A stretch of DNA of 64,000 bases from Tricharina praecox (lineage: Eukaryota): assembly GCF_024521635.1 (NCBI RefSeq), contig NW_026250419.1, positions 744,001 to 808,000 of the forward strand, in the 5' to 3' direction. Position numbers and translations under genes: made by a program. The stretch's first letter is position 1, and each line of letters opens with the position of its first letter. The notes beneath the pieces were generated by a model. The model had not been told where the DNA came from. It ran no database searches and saw nothing but the letters and a program-made list of their open reading frames with translations. Shown one piece after another: positions 26,601 through 37,746 of this stretch.

Positions 26601-27817
26601 GAGGTGGGAGGAAGGGTGGGGTGGGAGCTGAGCTCGAGGAGTCAAGGTGGTGCCATGGTGCGATGGTGCGTGCACAGGGCGTGCACGAGACGGAGCGGAG
26701 CGGGCAGATGTGCGGTGCGGAGCGGTGGGTGGGTGGGTGCGGGCGAGAGGGTGGGGAGGGTCAGATGATTCATCATTACTCTATATACTCTAGGTATTCC
26801 AGCCTCAGCGGGTCGTTTCGCTCGCTCGCCCGCACGCTTCAGGGTTGCATGACTCTCTTTGGTCGAGTACAAATATCTGTTGAGACTCCAATCGGTCGTT
26901 TCGCCCTCCCCACCTCTTGGCGACAGGACGGACTGGACAGACTGGACAGATGCATGATATGATGCGGTGATGCGCCTGCGCCCATGCCCATGCCCATGCC
27001 CTTAAGCCATTGAATAAGCGATGTGTTGTGTATGGCCTACATATATCTATATGGCCATCGTGCGTGTGTGCGTGGGTTGTGGGTGGTGGGTGGTGGGTGG
27101 TGGATGTGGAGGGTGGATATTCAACTCTAGTTAGTGGTGGAGGGATGGATGTGTGAGTGTGAGTGACAGCGTGGGTGGGAGGGGGGGGAGTTGAGGGGAG
27201 AAGAGCGGGGGGGTTGTGGTACGAGCGGGTGGGGGTCGTCGGAGGCATTGGTCCGTGCCCACGGCCACCAAACGTCGAGTTGGAATGTAAAACAACTGGT
27301 CTGAGCGCGCGCGCGGAGATGGACGGGCGGGTGGGTTGGGCGGGTGGGTTGGGTGGGTGGGTGGATGGTTGAGCAGGCGGGCGGGCGGGTGGATACAGAC
27401 TTGCTCTATCTACTACCAGTTACTTACAGGACGAGCACGACTGTCCGACGGCCTTCGCTGCGTGTCACCGTGTCAGACTTTCTTTTGACGGCTGACGTGC
27501 CGCCGCTCGGTGCGATTCGGAGCCTGTGTTGCGAGTGGATCATGGCTCGTCAATCGTGTGCGACCGTGACCGAGCTCGCTGCTCGGCACATGTGCCTATT
27601 ATTACCATAGCTGCTGCGGGCCTGCGGCTCTGCTGTGGGAGACTTGTCGCCATTACCTCATGCCGGATAGCTGCCTGCCAGACAGCTCAACCACCACCAC
27701 AACCACCACCAGCTCATCGTCACCACCAGCTCATCACAACCACCACCAGCTCATCACTATCGGCCCATCACCAGCCATCTCCTCCCACATCCTCCCCCCC
27801 ACACACCACCCGCAACG

Positions 27818-28781
27818 ATGTCTACCACCGCCAGCATCGCGCCCGGGACGACCCCCAAAAAATCATTCATCCCTCTAGAGCACGTCCCCCCTCCGCTGTC
27901 CCTCCTCCGTTGTCTCCTCCGTTGCCTCCTCCCCCCCCCCCCCCGTTGCCCCCCTCTGTTTCACCCACCCCCACCCACCCCCACCCACCCCACCCACCCC
28001 CACAGCTAACGTACCTGACCCTCCCAGATGCAACCCCGAGCTGATGACCACTTTGATCCACAACCTCGGGGTGTCCCCCACCCTGACCTTCGTAGACGTG
28101 TACTCCCTCTCCGACCCTGAGCTGTTGGCGTTCATCCCCCGCCCCGCGCTCGCCCTGCTCCTCGTCTTCCCCGTCTCCGCCAGCTACGAAGAGTTCCGAC
28201 AGCGCGAGGACGCCGCGCGCCCCGAGCACTACACCGGCCACGGCGCCGACGAGGACCCCGTCTGGTTCAAGCAGACGATTCGGAACGCGTGCGGGCTGAT
28301 CGGCGTGTTGCACGCTGTGGCCAACGGCGCGCGGGGCCAGATCCGTACGCCTCCTGCTTCCGCCCACAGGCGCGTGCGTCGCTGATGGATGTGTCGTAAC
28401 TACCTAGAACCCAACACGCCGCTCGCCGACTTCCTTGCGACCGCGCAGCCGCTGCCAATGGCGGAGCGCGCGCTCGCTCTCGAGAATAGTCCCGCGCTGT
28501 CGAGCGCGCACCTGGAGGCGGCGTCGAGGGGCGCCACGGCGGCGCCGAGCGCAGAGGATGATGTAGAGCTGCACTACGTCTGCCTCGTCAAGAGCGTCAA
28601 GGACAACCACTTGTACGAGCTCGACGGCCGGAGGAGGGGCCCGCTCGATCGTGGCTACATCGGCGATGAGGACGTGCTCTGTGATGAAGCTAGGAAGGTC
28701 GTGCAGAGCTTTATTGAGAGGGAGGAGAGTACCGGGAGACTCGACTTTTCGCTTGTTGCGCTTGTGCAGGGGTTTGATTGA
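27818..28781 (+). CDS. YUH1: Ubiquitin C-terminal hydrolase, peptidase C12 (Yuh1/UCH-L3-like)
   Basis: Exons 27818-27879, 28028-28344, 28408-28781. FIPLECNPE, catalytic segment WFKQTIRNACG, LHYVCLVK, LYELDGRR, C-terminal FSLVAL. Intron 1 needs a GC donor. Confidence 0.92.
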
Positions 28782-29350
28782 GCGGAAGAGGAGACGGCAA
28801 ATAGTAGCATATCTAGTGAGGGATATTCGAAATCTACATATCAGCTGCCGGATGGCGCAGGGTGCGGATTTGGCGAGTAATTGGGATGTGAACGGTCTGC
28901 CGGTGCTCGACACTCGGTGCCGGCGTATCTATCGTCAACCAGTAGTTCGAACAGCTTGACCTTGTAAGAAAACCCTTCAAGTTGGACGTTGCACGAATAG
29001 AAAGCTTCAGTTCACCTGCATTTCATGGCCATTAGTTCCATGAGCACTCCCCTCCAGTCAAGCCAAGCCAAAATAGAACACATCACACTGTGTGAAAGCT
29101 TTGTAGAATTTCATCTCCTACGTGTTCCCGATCTGTTCGGATAGGTAGAGCAGCATCCGGCGAGTTTGCCAGCTAAATGCTTTTATCCACATATCTACGT
29201 ATCTCGGGAAAACCGGGTGATATCGCGTGCACATATCCGCCAGCCGCCACTCGACCACGCCAGCTCCCTCGTTTTTTTCCAATTCCAAACGCCATACCAT
29301 TTCGCCCAAAACCAAGTTCCAAACTATGTAAGTTACATACAGATAAATCC

Positions 29351-32034
29351 CTATTTTCCCCCCACCCCCTCCTCGCGCTCCTCCGCCTCGATCCTCCGCG
29401 CCTCCGCCGCCTCGCGCGCCTTCTGCCTGCCATCGGGCCCCTTGCCCTTCCGGTAGACGCGCTCATCGCTGGGATCGAAGCCGCCGTTCCCCCAGTTCGC
29501 CCACAGCGGTGTCGGCTCGCCGACATACTCCTCGGGGCTGAACTCGCGGCCTTCCTTGAGCAGCGAGAAGAACCGCTCGTAGTCGATCAGTGTGTGCCAG
29601 CGGTTGTTGATGAAGAATTTTTTCGAGGCGAGGAGGATACAGCAGCTGGTGAATAGATGGTTAGTGTGCGTGACTGGGAAAGGGGGGAGGGGGGGAGGTG
29701 TAGGTACCTGTGAGCGTGCTCCGCGCCAATCCCGTACTCCAGCCCGCGCCTGGCCAGCTCCTCGTCCAGGGCTTTAACGAACTCGACGACCTCCTCGTAG
29801 AACGGGACATTATCCATCGTCAGACCCGCCTCTCCCGCACTGCTAGTACCACAGAACGTGACACCCTTGACCTCGACGAAGCACGGCAGCCCGCGCTCGA
29901 CCAGATCCGCGTAGCCCCTGACCTCGTTGTCGACATTGAAGCCCTTGACGAGGGTGAGGCGGAAGACGGTGCGCTGCTTGTGGCGCTTTTCGCGGAGGAT
30001 ATCGAGGCACTCCATGAAGCGCTCCCAGAAGTCGCGGTGGAGCGGACGATCGATCTTCTTCAGGCTCTCCTTGTTGCTGGCGTCGATAGACACATACAGC
30101 TGCGTTACTGGACCCAGGTCGCGGAGTTGCGCGGGGTGCTGCGCGTTGCACACTAGGAACGACGAGATCCCGTCGGCGTGCAGCATCGCGAGGAACTCGT
30201 TGATGTACGGATAGAAGATGGGCTCGCCGACGAGACTGAGCGCGCAGTGCCGGATGCGGAACGCTTCGCTGAAGCGGTCCGCACGCACTCCGGGAACGCC
30301 CTTGAGCATCTTGATCTTGCGGTAATGCCCTTCGACTACGCCCTTAAAGATTTCTTCCGGCGGGTCGACTTTCCAGCGCCAGGTCGTGCCGACCGGGTTC
30401 GTGCCGTGCCGCCAGCAGAAGACGCATTTGTTCGAGCAGCTGAGGGACGGCGTGGTTTCCATGCATAGGTGCGATTTGATGCCGTAGAAGGAGAACTGCG
30501 GATCGTTAGTTGAGTGAGGGCGCGAGGAGGGATGTGGTCTACCTTGTAGCAGCTGCCTCTTCCGCGCAGTGCGCTCTTGGTCCACCGACATATCTTGACA
30601 CCGGAGTGAGATCCGACGATGGCATATCCTTGCTTGGTGAGAGCGTTGTACGTGACGCCGTCCTTTGGGACCATCTCTTTGCGTGCTGGAGACTGTCCTT
30701 CGCCTGCCTCGAGAGCTAGTTTTCCAGCCGGCGAAGTGAAGTCAACAGGAAGTGGCGCGGGACGGTACGAAGCTTTGGTCTTAAGAACATCGGGCGACCG
30801 ATTGATCATTCCCCCAAGATCTTCGAGATCCATCATATCCTTAGCCGGCTCCTCGTCGGCAACATCCTCCTCGTCGGAATCCTCATCCCCGGACTCGACA
30901 GCGGCCCGCCATTCACCGCCACCACCGAGTTCACCAGTCTCACAGTATTCCTTCATCGCATCCTCCAAATGAATGCGCCATTCCCGCAGATTGGATACGG
31001 CCGTGCCAAACTCCTTGTCCGCCTTGGACGACGCCGGATTGACATCGCCCATTCCCAGGGGAAACATCCTGCGGCTGCCAGCGCGACCTCCGGTAAGCTT
31101 TCCCAGCCATTTGTCGACGGCCACAGCATCCTGGCAGAAATTGCCTTCGGACTCTGGCCACTCGGATGAATCACCAAAGCCGAATACCGAAAAGCCGGCG
31201 AGTGAGCGCAGAGGCGCCGTGTCGATGCGGAAGTCGTGGTGGGTCTCTTGGAGGTGGTCCAGGAAGGGCGCGACTGGGGAGTCGGTCTCGTACGACGGAG
31301 TGATAACCAGGTAGATGTATTTGACACTCCGTCCATCCTCCGATGTGCTCGGCGGCGAGATGAAGTAGTCGTCCAGTTCGATTTCCTCGAGGTTGTGCAA
31401 CTGTGGCGGCAAGAACTTGCGCGACAGAGGGATTTCCGACAGAGAGCTCGACGGTGTGGGGATGGAGAGCTTGGGGTACACCCCATCCTTCTCGGAGAAG
31501 AGGTCATTTTTCAGCTGTTCGGCGTACTGCGCAGTAGAGCCGGTCAACGAGGTGTAGAAGATGCAGATCTGAAGATCGAAGTCGCCCTCGTCCTTCGCTG
31601 GTTTGGTAGGGCCTCCACGCAACGTCTTGCCCTTCTTAGCCGGCACCTTCTTCCCTGACACGCGCTTTGGACCTAGTTTGACCTCAGCAGAAGACGAGGA
31701 CTTGATACGCGCTCCAAGGTCGGCAACGCTCTCGATTTCCACGGGCTCCTTCTTCTCTTTCGGTTCCGACGTCGTTTTACCGCTGATAACTACGCCGTCC
31801 AGGCTCTTTGCGGGCTTTATGGTTCCGATTGAGGCTGTCTCTTGGTGGAGAAGCGTGCGAAGCGACTGTAGGCATTTGTAGATAATCGCGGCCGCCACCA
31901 CGACGCCGAAGAAGGTAGACCGGTAGTTGTGCCATATTTGAACGAGCTCTATGACCGCGTAAGCATAAACAGTGGGCTATCGACGTGCAGCACCGACCTT
32001 GCAGAGCACCGGGCTCTTCCATGGCAGAAATCAT
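29351..32034 (-). CDS. TYW1: tRNA 4-demethylwyosine synthase (flavodoxin + radical SAM)
   Basis: Four-exon model (start 32034 or 32022; TAG 29351-29353). N-terminal hydrophobic anchor, flavodoxin-like FYTSLTGST, IVGSHSGVKICRWTK, CxxxCxxC motif CSNKCVFCWRH, ALSLVGEP, EVKGVT. Confidence 0.96.
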
Positions 32035-32266
32035 GGCCGGCGGTGAGGGAGGTGACAGAGTGGGCACTTCACAACAGTTTCCAAAGAAGAAAGAGAATTT
32101 TAGTGGGGCTTCGGCAAATTCCGAAAAGTTACTAGTATTAGTAGGTCTTTTTTATCAGATCTCCGCATGCTCCGCTGTCGGAGCTATCATACGGAGGTCA
32201 AGCTTCTCGTCTAACTTCACATCATCCATCCACACCCCGCGTACCTCGCTCGCCAGCAAACGATCT

Positions 32267-34100
32267 ATGGCGTCAACTACAGCCAGCGGAGTCCCCTCTT
32301 CAAAGGAGAAAAAGTACGACCGACAGCTGCGATTGTGGGGTGCAGATGGGCAGAACAAGCTTGAGTCTGCACACATTGCTCTCTTCGGTGCTTCGGCGAC
32401 TGGCTGCGAGACGCTCAAGAACCTTATCCTCCCCAGCGTCGGCAAATTCACAATCATCGACGACAAGAAGGTAGTCGATGCAGATCTTGGCGTCAACTTC
32501 TTCCTGGACGAGGACAGCATAGGAAAATCTCGCGCGGAACGGACAGCTGCGTTACTGGGTGAGCTGAACCCGGATGTCCGGGGGGGCTACATCGAAGACG
32601 TCTGTGACCATGCTGGAAGCCTTCGCTTTGCCGTTTACGTTCGTATAACTTACTCGCGATGCACAGAACCTTTCGAACCTCCTAGCCACGAAGCCGGAGC
32701 TGTTCCGACCGGAGTCCTCGCCGTTCACACACATTGTCGTCGTCTCGCCCTTCCTTACGTCCGATGTCCTCAAACTGTCGCCGGAGATACCCACCTTCCT
32801 AGCTTACTCCATCGGATTTACATGCTCGCTGCGGATCGCTGCGCCTACCCGTTGCATTGTCGACACGCACCCTGATACCCTGATAGACCTAAGGCTGTTA
32901 AACCCATGGGAGGAGCTCTCGGCTCTTGTCGCGGACCTTGGTACGGGCGTTGACGCGGCCGAAAACGATGGTGGAATGAGCGATCACAAGCACGGCCATG
33001 TGCCGTACGTCGTACTGCTGTTGAAATACCTGGAAGAATGGAGGGCCACTCACGGCGGCGCCAACCCGTTAACCTACAAGGAGAAAACCGACTTTAAGGC
33101 GATGATCCTGGACAGGATGAGGACGAATGTTCCCGGCGGCAGCGAAGAGAACTACGAAGAAGCCGCAGCAGCAGTTCTCAAGAACGTTCGTGAAGCCGAG
33201 CTCTCGTCGGACACCCGAGGAGTGCTGGAGGATCCTCGATGCATCAACCCTTCCAAAAACGTTTGTAGCACACACACCTTGGTCATTGCATTTCGACGAC
33301 TGATCATATCCCTCTAGTCCTTCAACTTCTGGATAATCGCACACGCAGTCCGGGAGTTCCAATCGCGCGCAAACCAAGGCGCAGGTCTCCTCCCGCTCTC
33401 CGGCGGCTTCCCGGACATGAAGGCAGAAAGCAGCACCTACGTCGCCCTGCAAACGCTATACCGCAGTCGCGCGCGCCGCGACGCCCTCCTCGTTCTCGAA
33501 AACACTCAATCGATCCTCGCCGCTCTCGGCCGCGATCCCGAGTCCATCTCCCTCGAGGAAATCACGCTCTTTGCTAAACATGCCAACTTCGTGCGCAAGA
33601 TCGATTACCGCCCGCTCGCGCCGGAGTATACCCAAGATGACCACCATAAACACGCTGTCACCGCCGCGCTGGCGGGTTTTAATCCCGATTGGAATAAGTC
33701 TACTATTCATGAATATGTTGCGGTCCGCGCGTGGCAGGCGTTTTATGATAGGCATGGCAGGGCAGCGGGCGACGAGGATAGCACGTTGGAGGCGGATGTT
33801 GTCGAGATGCTAAAGATTGCGGAGGAGTATCTGAAGGAGGTGGGGTACGAGGGGGAAATGAACGAACATGCCCAGAACACGATTAAGGAAGTTGTCAGGG
33901 CTGGAGGTGGAGAATTGCATGCCATTGCTTCTCTCGCAGGCGGTATCGTGGCGCAGGAGATCGTCAAGGTAAGTTCGGTTTGTGAGTGGATGGGATGAAG
34001 CTGACTAGTGAAATAGGTCATCACTTCGCAGTACGTGCCCATCAATAATACGGTCGTGTTTGATGGCATTGCGAGTAGGAGTTCGACTTTTGGGTTTTAG
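32267..34100 (+). CDS. ULA1: NEDD8/Rub1-activating enzyme E1 regulatory subunit (APP-BP1)
   Basis: Introns 32600-32666, 33261-33317, 33969-34016. [75 protein letters not shown]. Confidence 0.95.
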
Positions 34101-34313
34101 GGAGTGCGATCACCCTGGAAAGCTCATTGTCAAAATCTTCACCCATCCTCACTGCTGAAATCTTGTGAATACCACGTTTGTAGCACTTGATACTGTAGCA
34201 CTTGATACCGTCAACATCCGTAGAATTCTACATTCACCATAACAAAGTCCAAAATCAAAAACCCTGAGCCGCATCCTCAACTCCAACCTATTTTACCCAT
34301 TCCGTCTACATAT

Positions 34314-36740
34314 CTACTCCTCCTCCTTCTCCTCGCCCTTATAAACCTCAGCCAGCCCCTTAACAAGCCTCTTGAACCTATTAACCTCGCCGACCTTGAA
34401 CCGCATGTAATCAAACCCATAGACGACGTCGCCAGTATCGCCCGCGCCGAACGTCGGACTCTTCGGGTACCGCTGGCTGAAATGCACGAGCGCGGTCTTC
34501 CTCGCGCCCATCTCCCTGCCGCTCTTGATCGCCTCGCCGATGGTAGAGTGTTTCTTCGCCATAGCCTCCTCGAGGAGCTCGTCGTCGAAGGTCGCCTCAT
34601 GGACCAGCAGCGTAGCGCCCTGGCCGATCTCGACGAACGAGCGCGTCGGCCGCGTGTCGCCGCTGTACGCCAGCTTGAAGCCCGAGGAGAACGTCACGGC
34701 CGTGGTGAACGATGACTGGCAGTGCCATGCCGGCGCGGTCTCCCATTTCTCCAGTTTGAGGGCGGATAGCAGCGCGCCGTAGGTGGCGGGAGCGTCGTAG
34801 ACGCTGCGCAGATGCTCGTTCGGTACGAACACGAGGTGGTCGATGCCGATGTCTTCGATCTGCGCGTAGTCCGTGAGCCAGGTCCAGAAGCGCTGCGGGG
34901 CGACGATAAAGGTGGGACGGGAGCCGTCGCCGGTGCTGCGGAGCAGCTGCCGCTGCTCGTTCAGGAAGGAAATTGAGCCGAGGTGGTGGTCGGCGTGCAG
35001 GTGCGAGATGTACAGGACTTTGATGTCGAGTAGACGGTGCTTGTAGTCTTCTACGGTGAGAACGCGCTTCATCTGCCCGATGGTGTTCTCGCCGCAGTCG
35101 AGGAGGATGGAGCAGTTGTTGGGGATTGTGATGAGGGTGGCGGAGACGTTGCGGTACCGCGAGGGGAGGGCGGAGCCGGTGCCGAGTGTGTAGACTTCAA
35201 CATCGCTGCCGGGGAAGTCTTCCTTTTCCGGGGGCGATTGTGCGAGATCTTCCCGAGTCTCCGTGGCAATGGCAATGAATTCTTTGCCGCCTTCTTCCGG
35301 TAGGAATGCCTCTTCTGGGGAGAAGGGGGGAGGTATCTGAGTCGTGTCCAGGGACCACTCGGGTTTGATGTTGAACACCATTCCGACCTCGGCGCCGATG
35401 GCCTCCTTGGGCGGAGCTACTTCGGCCGTAGAATTGGAGTGTAATGGTGGGAAGAACACCGGGTCGATCATATTCAGTCTCGTGGTGAACTTGGCCGCTC
35501 CCTTGAAGTTGATGGGATCGGGACAGACATCCGGGGAGGCGATGATATGTTTCGATCCTGGGAACCGCTGCATGAACTCGACGAGCTGAGCATTGTGGGC
35601 TACTCCCGACCCGAGAATCCAGAAGAAAGCACCGAGCTTCTTTTGGACAGCTTCCACATCCGACCACTCCCTGTTCGCGACGAAATCCTCGACGTACTCC
35701 TCGGTTGGAAGTTCGCAGATGGCGATTCCGGTTCCAGCGATCGAGGGCTCCTGTACTTCTTCGGGCTGCACAACCCGACCATCCCGAGTCGTTACCGATT
35801 GACCGTTGGAGAGCTTCCCAAACATCGGGCCGGGGGTGACACCGAGTTGCTTCGCGATGTGTGGCAAGAACTTGCCGCGGTGATCGTGCAGCACCACGAT
35901 GTAACTGAGCGCTACCGCGGACGGCGTCGATGGTGGAAGCGACTGCACATATCTGGCTATCCCCCCGGGATTCTCCTCATCCTCACTCTTCCTCCTCTTC
36001 TCGCTCCGCTCGCTGCCGTTACCGCCGACCACTAGCGGGTCCACTTCCTCCAACTCGTTTCGATCCTTATTGACGCTCTTCTGCGACGCAAACATGTTCT
36101 CTACGACCTCCTTCAGGAACTTGATCCTCTCCTGCTCATCCATATCCTCCGTCATCCTCTTCCTATTTGCCGACTCCTCAACTCCGCCCCGCGGCCGCAC
36201 CTGCAGCGTCTTCACCGTAATGTTGTTGTCGGTAAAGACCTTCGGCTCGGGGGCCTCAGTGAGCTCATCCACCCTAACCTTCAGCTGCCCACGGAACACA
36301 AAGCTCCTCGTCGCCGCGATACTATGTAGCAAGTTCTCGCCGCCATGAATCGTGACCGGATTCCCCTCAGCGCGCTGCCCATCCGCCTTCCTCGCATCGC
36401 CAATAGTGAGCAAGAACCCGACCAGCCCACCAGTAGTCGCCCACTCGGTCCGTCCAGTCAAGAAAATATCCTGCACCTTCGCGAGGCGCACGCGGCGCTC
36501 GACATACGCGCGCTGCGAGCCCTCAGCGATGTGACCGAAGAGGTAGCGGCGGTCGTCGAAATGCACGACGATGTTAGTGCCGGGGGTGTCGCTGGAGGGC
36601 ACGCTGAGAACTGTGGCGTGAACTTTCATAGCGAGCGCGAGCGACGTGTGGAATGTTCGTCGGCGGAGTGGTTGGGTGTACAGCTGCGAGAGTATATATG
36701 CTGGGAGACTCCGCCGAGCGCGGTGCTGGAGGGACGCCAA
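34314..36740 (-). CDS. TRZ1: tRNase Z long form (ELAC2 orthologue); first in-frame ATG at 36629, open extension back to TTG 36740
   Basis: Single long ORF with EGSQR, GPMFGKL exosite, LGTGSALPSRYRN, LLDCGE, HLHADHHLG, YSGDT, HEAT, HST and HFSQRY motifs. Confidence 0.96.
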   Translation of the reverse strand: MASLQHRARRSLPAYILSQLYTQPLRRRTFHTSLALAMKVHATVLSVPSSDTPGTNIVVHFDDRRYLFGHIAEGSQRAYVERRVRLAKVQDIFLTGRTEWATTGGLVGFLLTIGDARKADGQRAEGNPVTIHGGENLLHSIAATRSFVFRGQLKVRVDELTEAPEPKVFTDNNITVKTLQVRPRGGVEESANRKRMTEDMDEQERIKFLKEVVENMFASQKSVNKDRNELEEVDPLVVGGNGSERSEKRRKSEDEENPGGIARYVQSLPPSTPSAVALSYIVVLHDHRGKFLPHIAKQLGVTPGPMFGKLSNGQSVTTRDGRVVQPEEVQEPSIAGTGIAICELPTEEYVEDFVANREWSDVEAVQKKLGAFFWILGSGVAHNAQLVEFMQRFPGSKHIIASPDVCPDPINFKGAAKFTTRLNMIDPVFFPPLHSNSTAEVAPPKEAIGAEVGMVFNIKPEWSLDTTQIPPPFSPEEAFLPEEGGKEFIAIATETREDLAQSPPEKEDFPGSDVEVYTLGTGSALPSRYRNVSATLITIPNNCSILLDCGENTIGQMKRVLTVEDYKHRLLDIKVLYISHLHADHHLGSISFLNEQRQLLRSTGDGSRPTFIVAPQRFWTWLTDYAQIEDIGIDHLVFVPNEHLRSVYDAPATYGALLSALKLEKWETAPAWHCQSSFTTAVTFSSGFKLAYSGDTRPTRSFVEIGQGATLLVHEATFDDELLEEAMAKKHSTIGEAIKSGREMGARKTALVHFSQRYPKSPTFGAGDTGDVVYGFDYMRFKVGEVNRFKRLVKGLAEVYKGEEKEEE

Positions 36741-37085
36741 TGCGTGGGTTGGTGGGGTGACGTGCGGTGAGTCGACGGCTGCCTGTCAGGGTGAGACGGA
36801 TTCAGGCCGACGGTGGACTCGGATTTAGGCCGACACGGTAGGTGGAAATGACTCGGATCTCACAACGGTGGAGGTCGGTAATATTTCAGGAAATGATGGG
36901 ATTGAATCTACTTGGTAGGTTTAAGCATACAGAAAAACTTAGACATGCAAACTGCTGAACACCAGACCGAAGCGAGTCCCGAATGGAAGACGCTAATGCA
37001 GTGCTTGTTACCCGTCACCCCGCAAAACATGAGCACCAGAAAAACGTGAAGAAGAAAAATGTCGGGGAAGAAAAAAAAGATATCG

Positions 37086-37193
37086 TGACAGGAGTGGGAC
37101 TTGAACCCACGCTCAGTTTCCCGAACCAGGAATCGAAACGATTGTATTAAGGTGACCTTAACCTGGCGCCATAACCAACTCGGCCATCCTGCC
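37086..37193 (-). tRNA. tRNA-Leu(AAG) with 24-nt intron
   Basis: GGCAGGA/TCCTGTC acceptor stem, CCAGG/CCTGG anticodon stem with loop TT-AAG-G, intron after position 37, long variable arm, GTGGG-TTCAAGT-CCCAC T arm, oligo-T terminator downstream. Confidence 0.96.
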
Positions 37194-37746
37194 TGAGGAT
37201 GGTAAGCTTAACTCAAAAGTACATCAATTCTTTCAATGCACGGAGTCTCGAAGACTGTGCATCGCAGCTGATCGTGCATCCATCGATAAGGCGTCGCATG
37301 GCTGTAGAAATTCCCGAAATTGCGGTGTATGTAAGCAAGTACTCTAACAGATTCGATGGGTGCGGATGGCAAATTGGGTTTGTCATCTCGCGTGTGCCGA
37401 ACCCGGTTCGGATTCCGACCAAGAGCTGGGATCATGAGAACGGGCTGTTTACCATCCGGTCTCCTTGCATTCTTCCTTCTCCGCCTCATACCTCCTACTC
37501 CTGACGACCCCCGAATCGTACCGATACTCAGTCGCGGCACGATCGATTTCCACTCCACCGACAGCACACTCGCCGACTGCTCTACGCGAACAAAACACGA
37601 CTGAGCGCTTCGAATCGCTCGACAAGTCTACTCTACCGATCTCCTGACCCCGACCGACACCGCGCAACTGGGTCCTTGGCCGGATAGCCACCGCCGTATC
37701 GATTTCGCGAAGTAGTGCTACATCTACCTATCGAGCACTTTGAAAG

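Noticed and set aside
21500..27800. Many short Pro-, Gln-, Gly- or Leu-rich ORFs
   Set aside because: They are translations of microsatellites and strand-skewed DNA, with no splice-consistent model.
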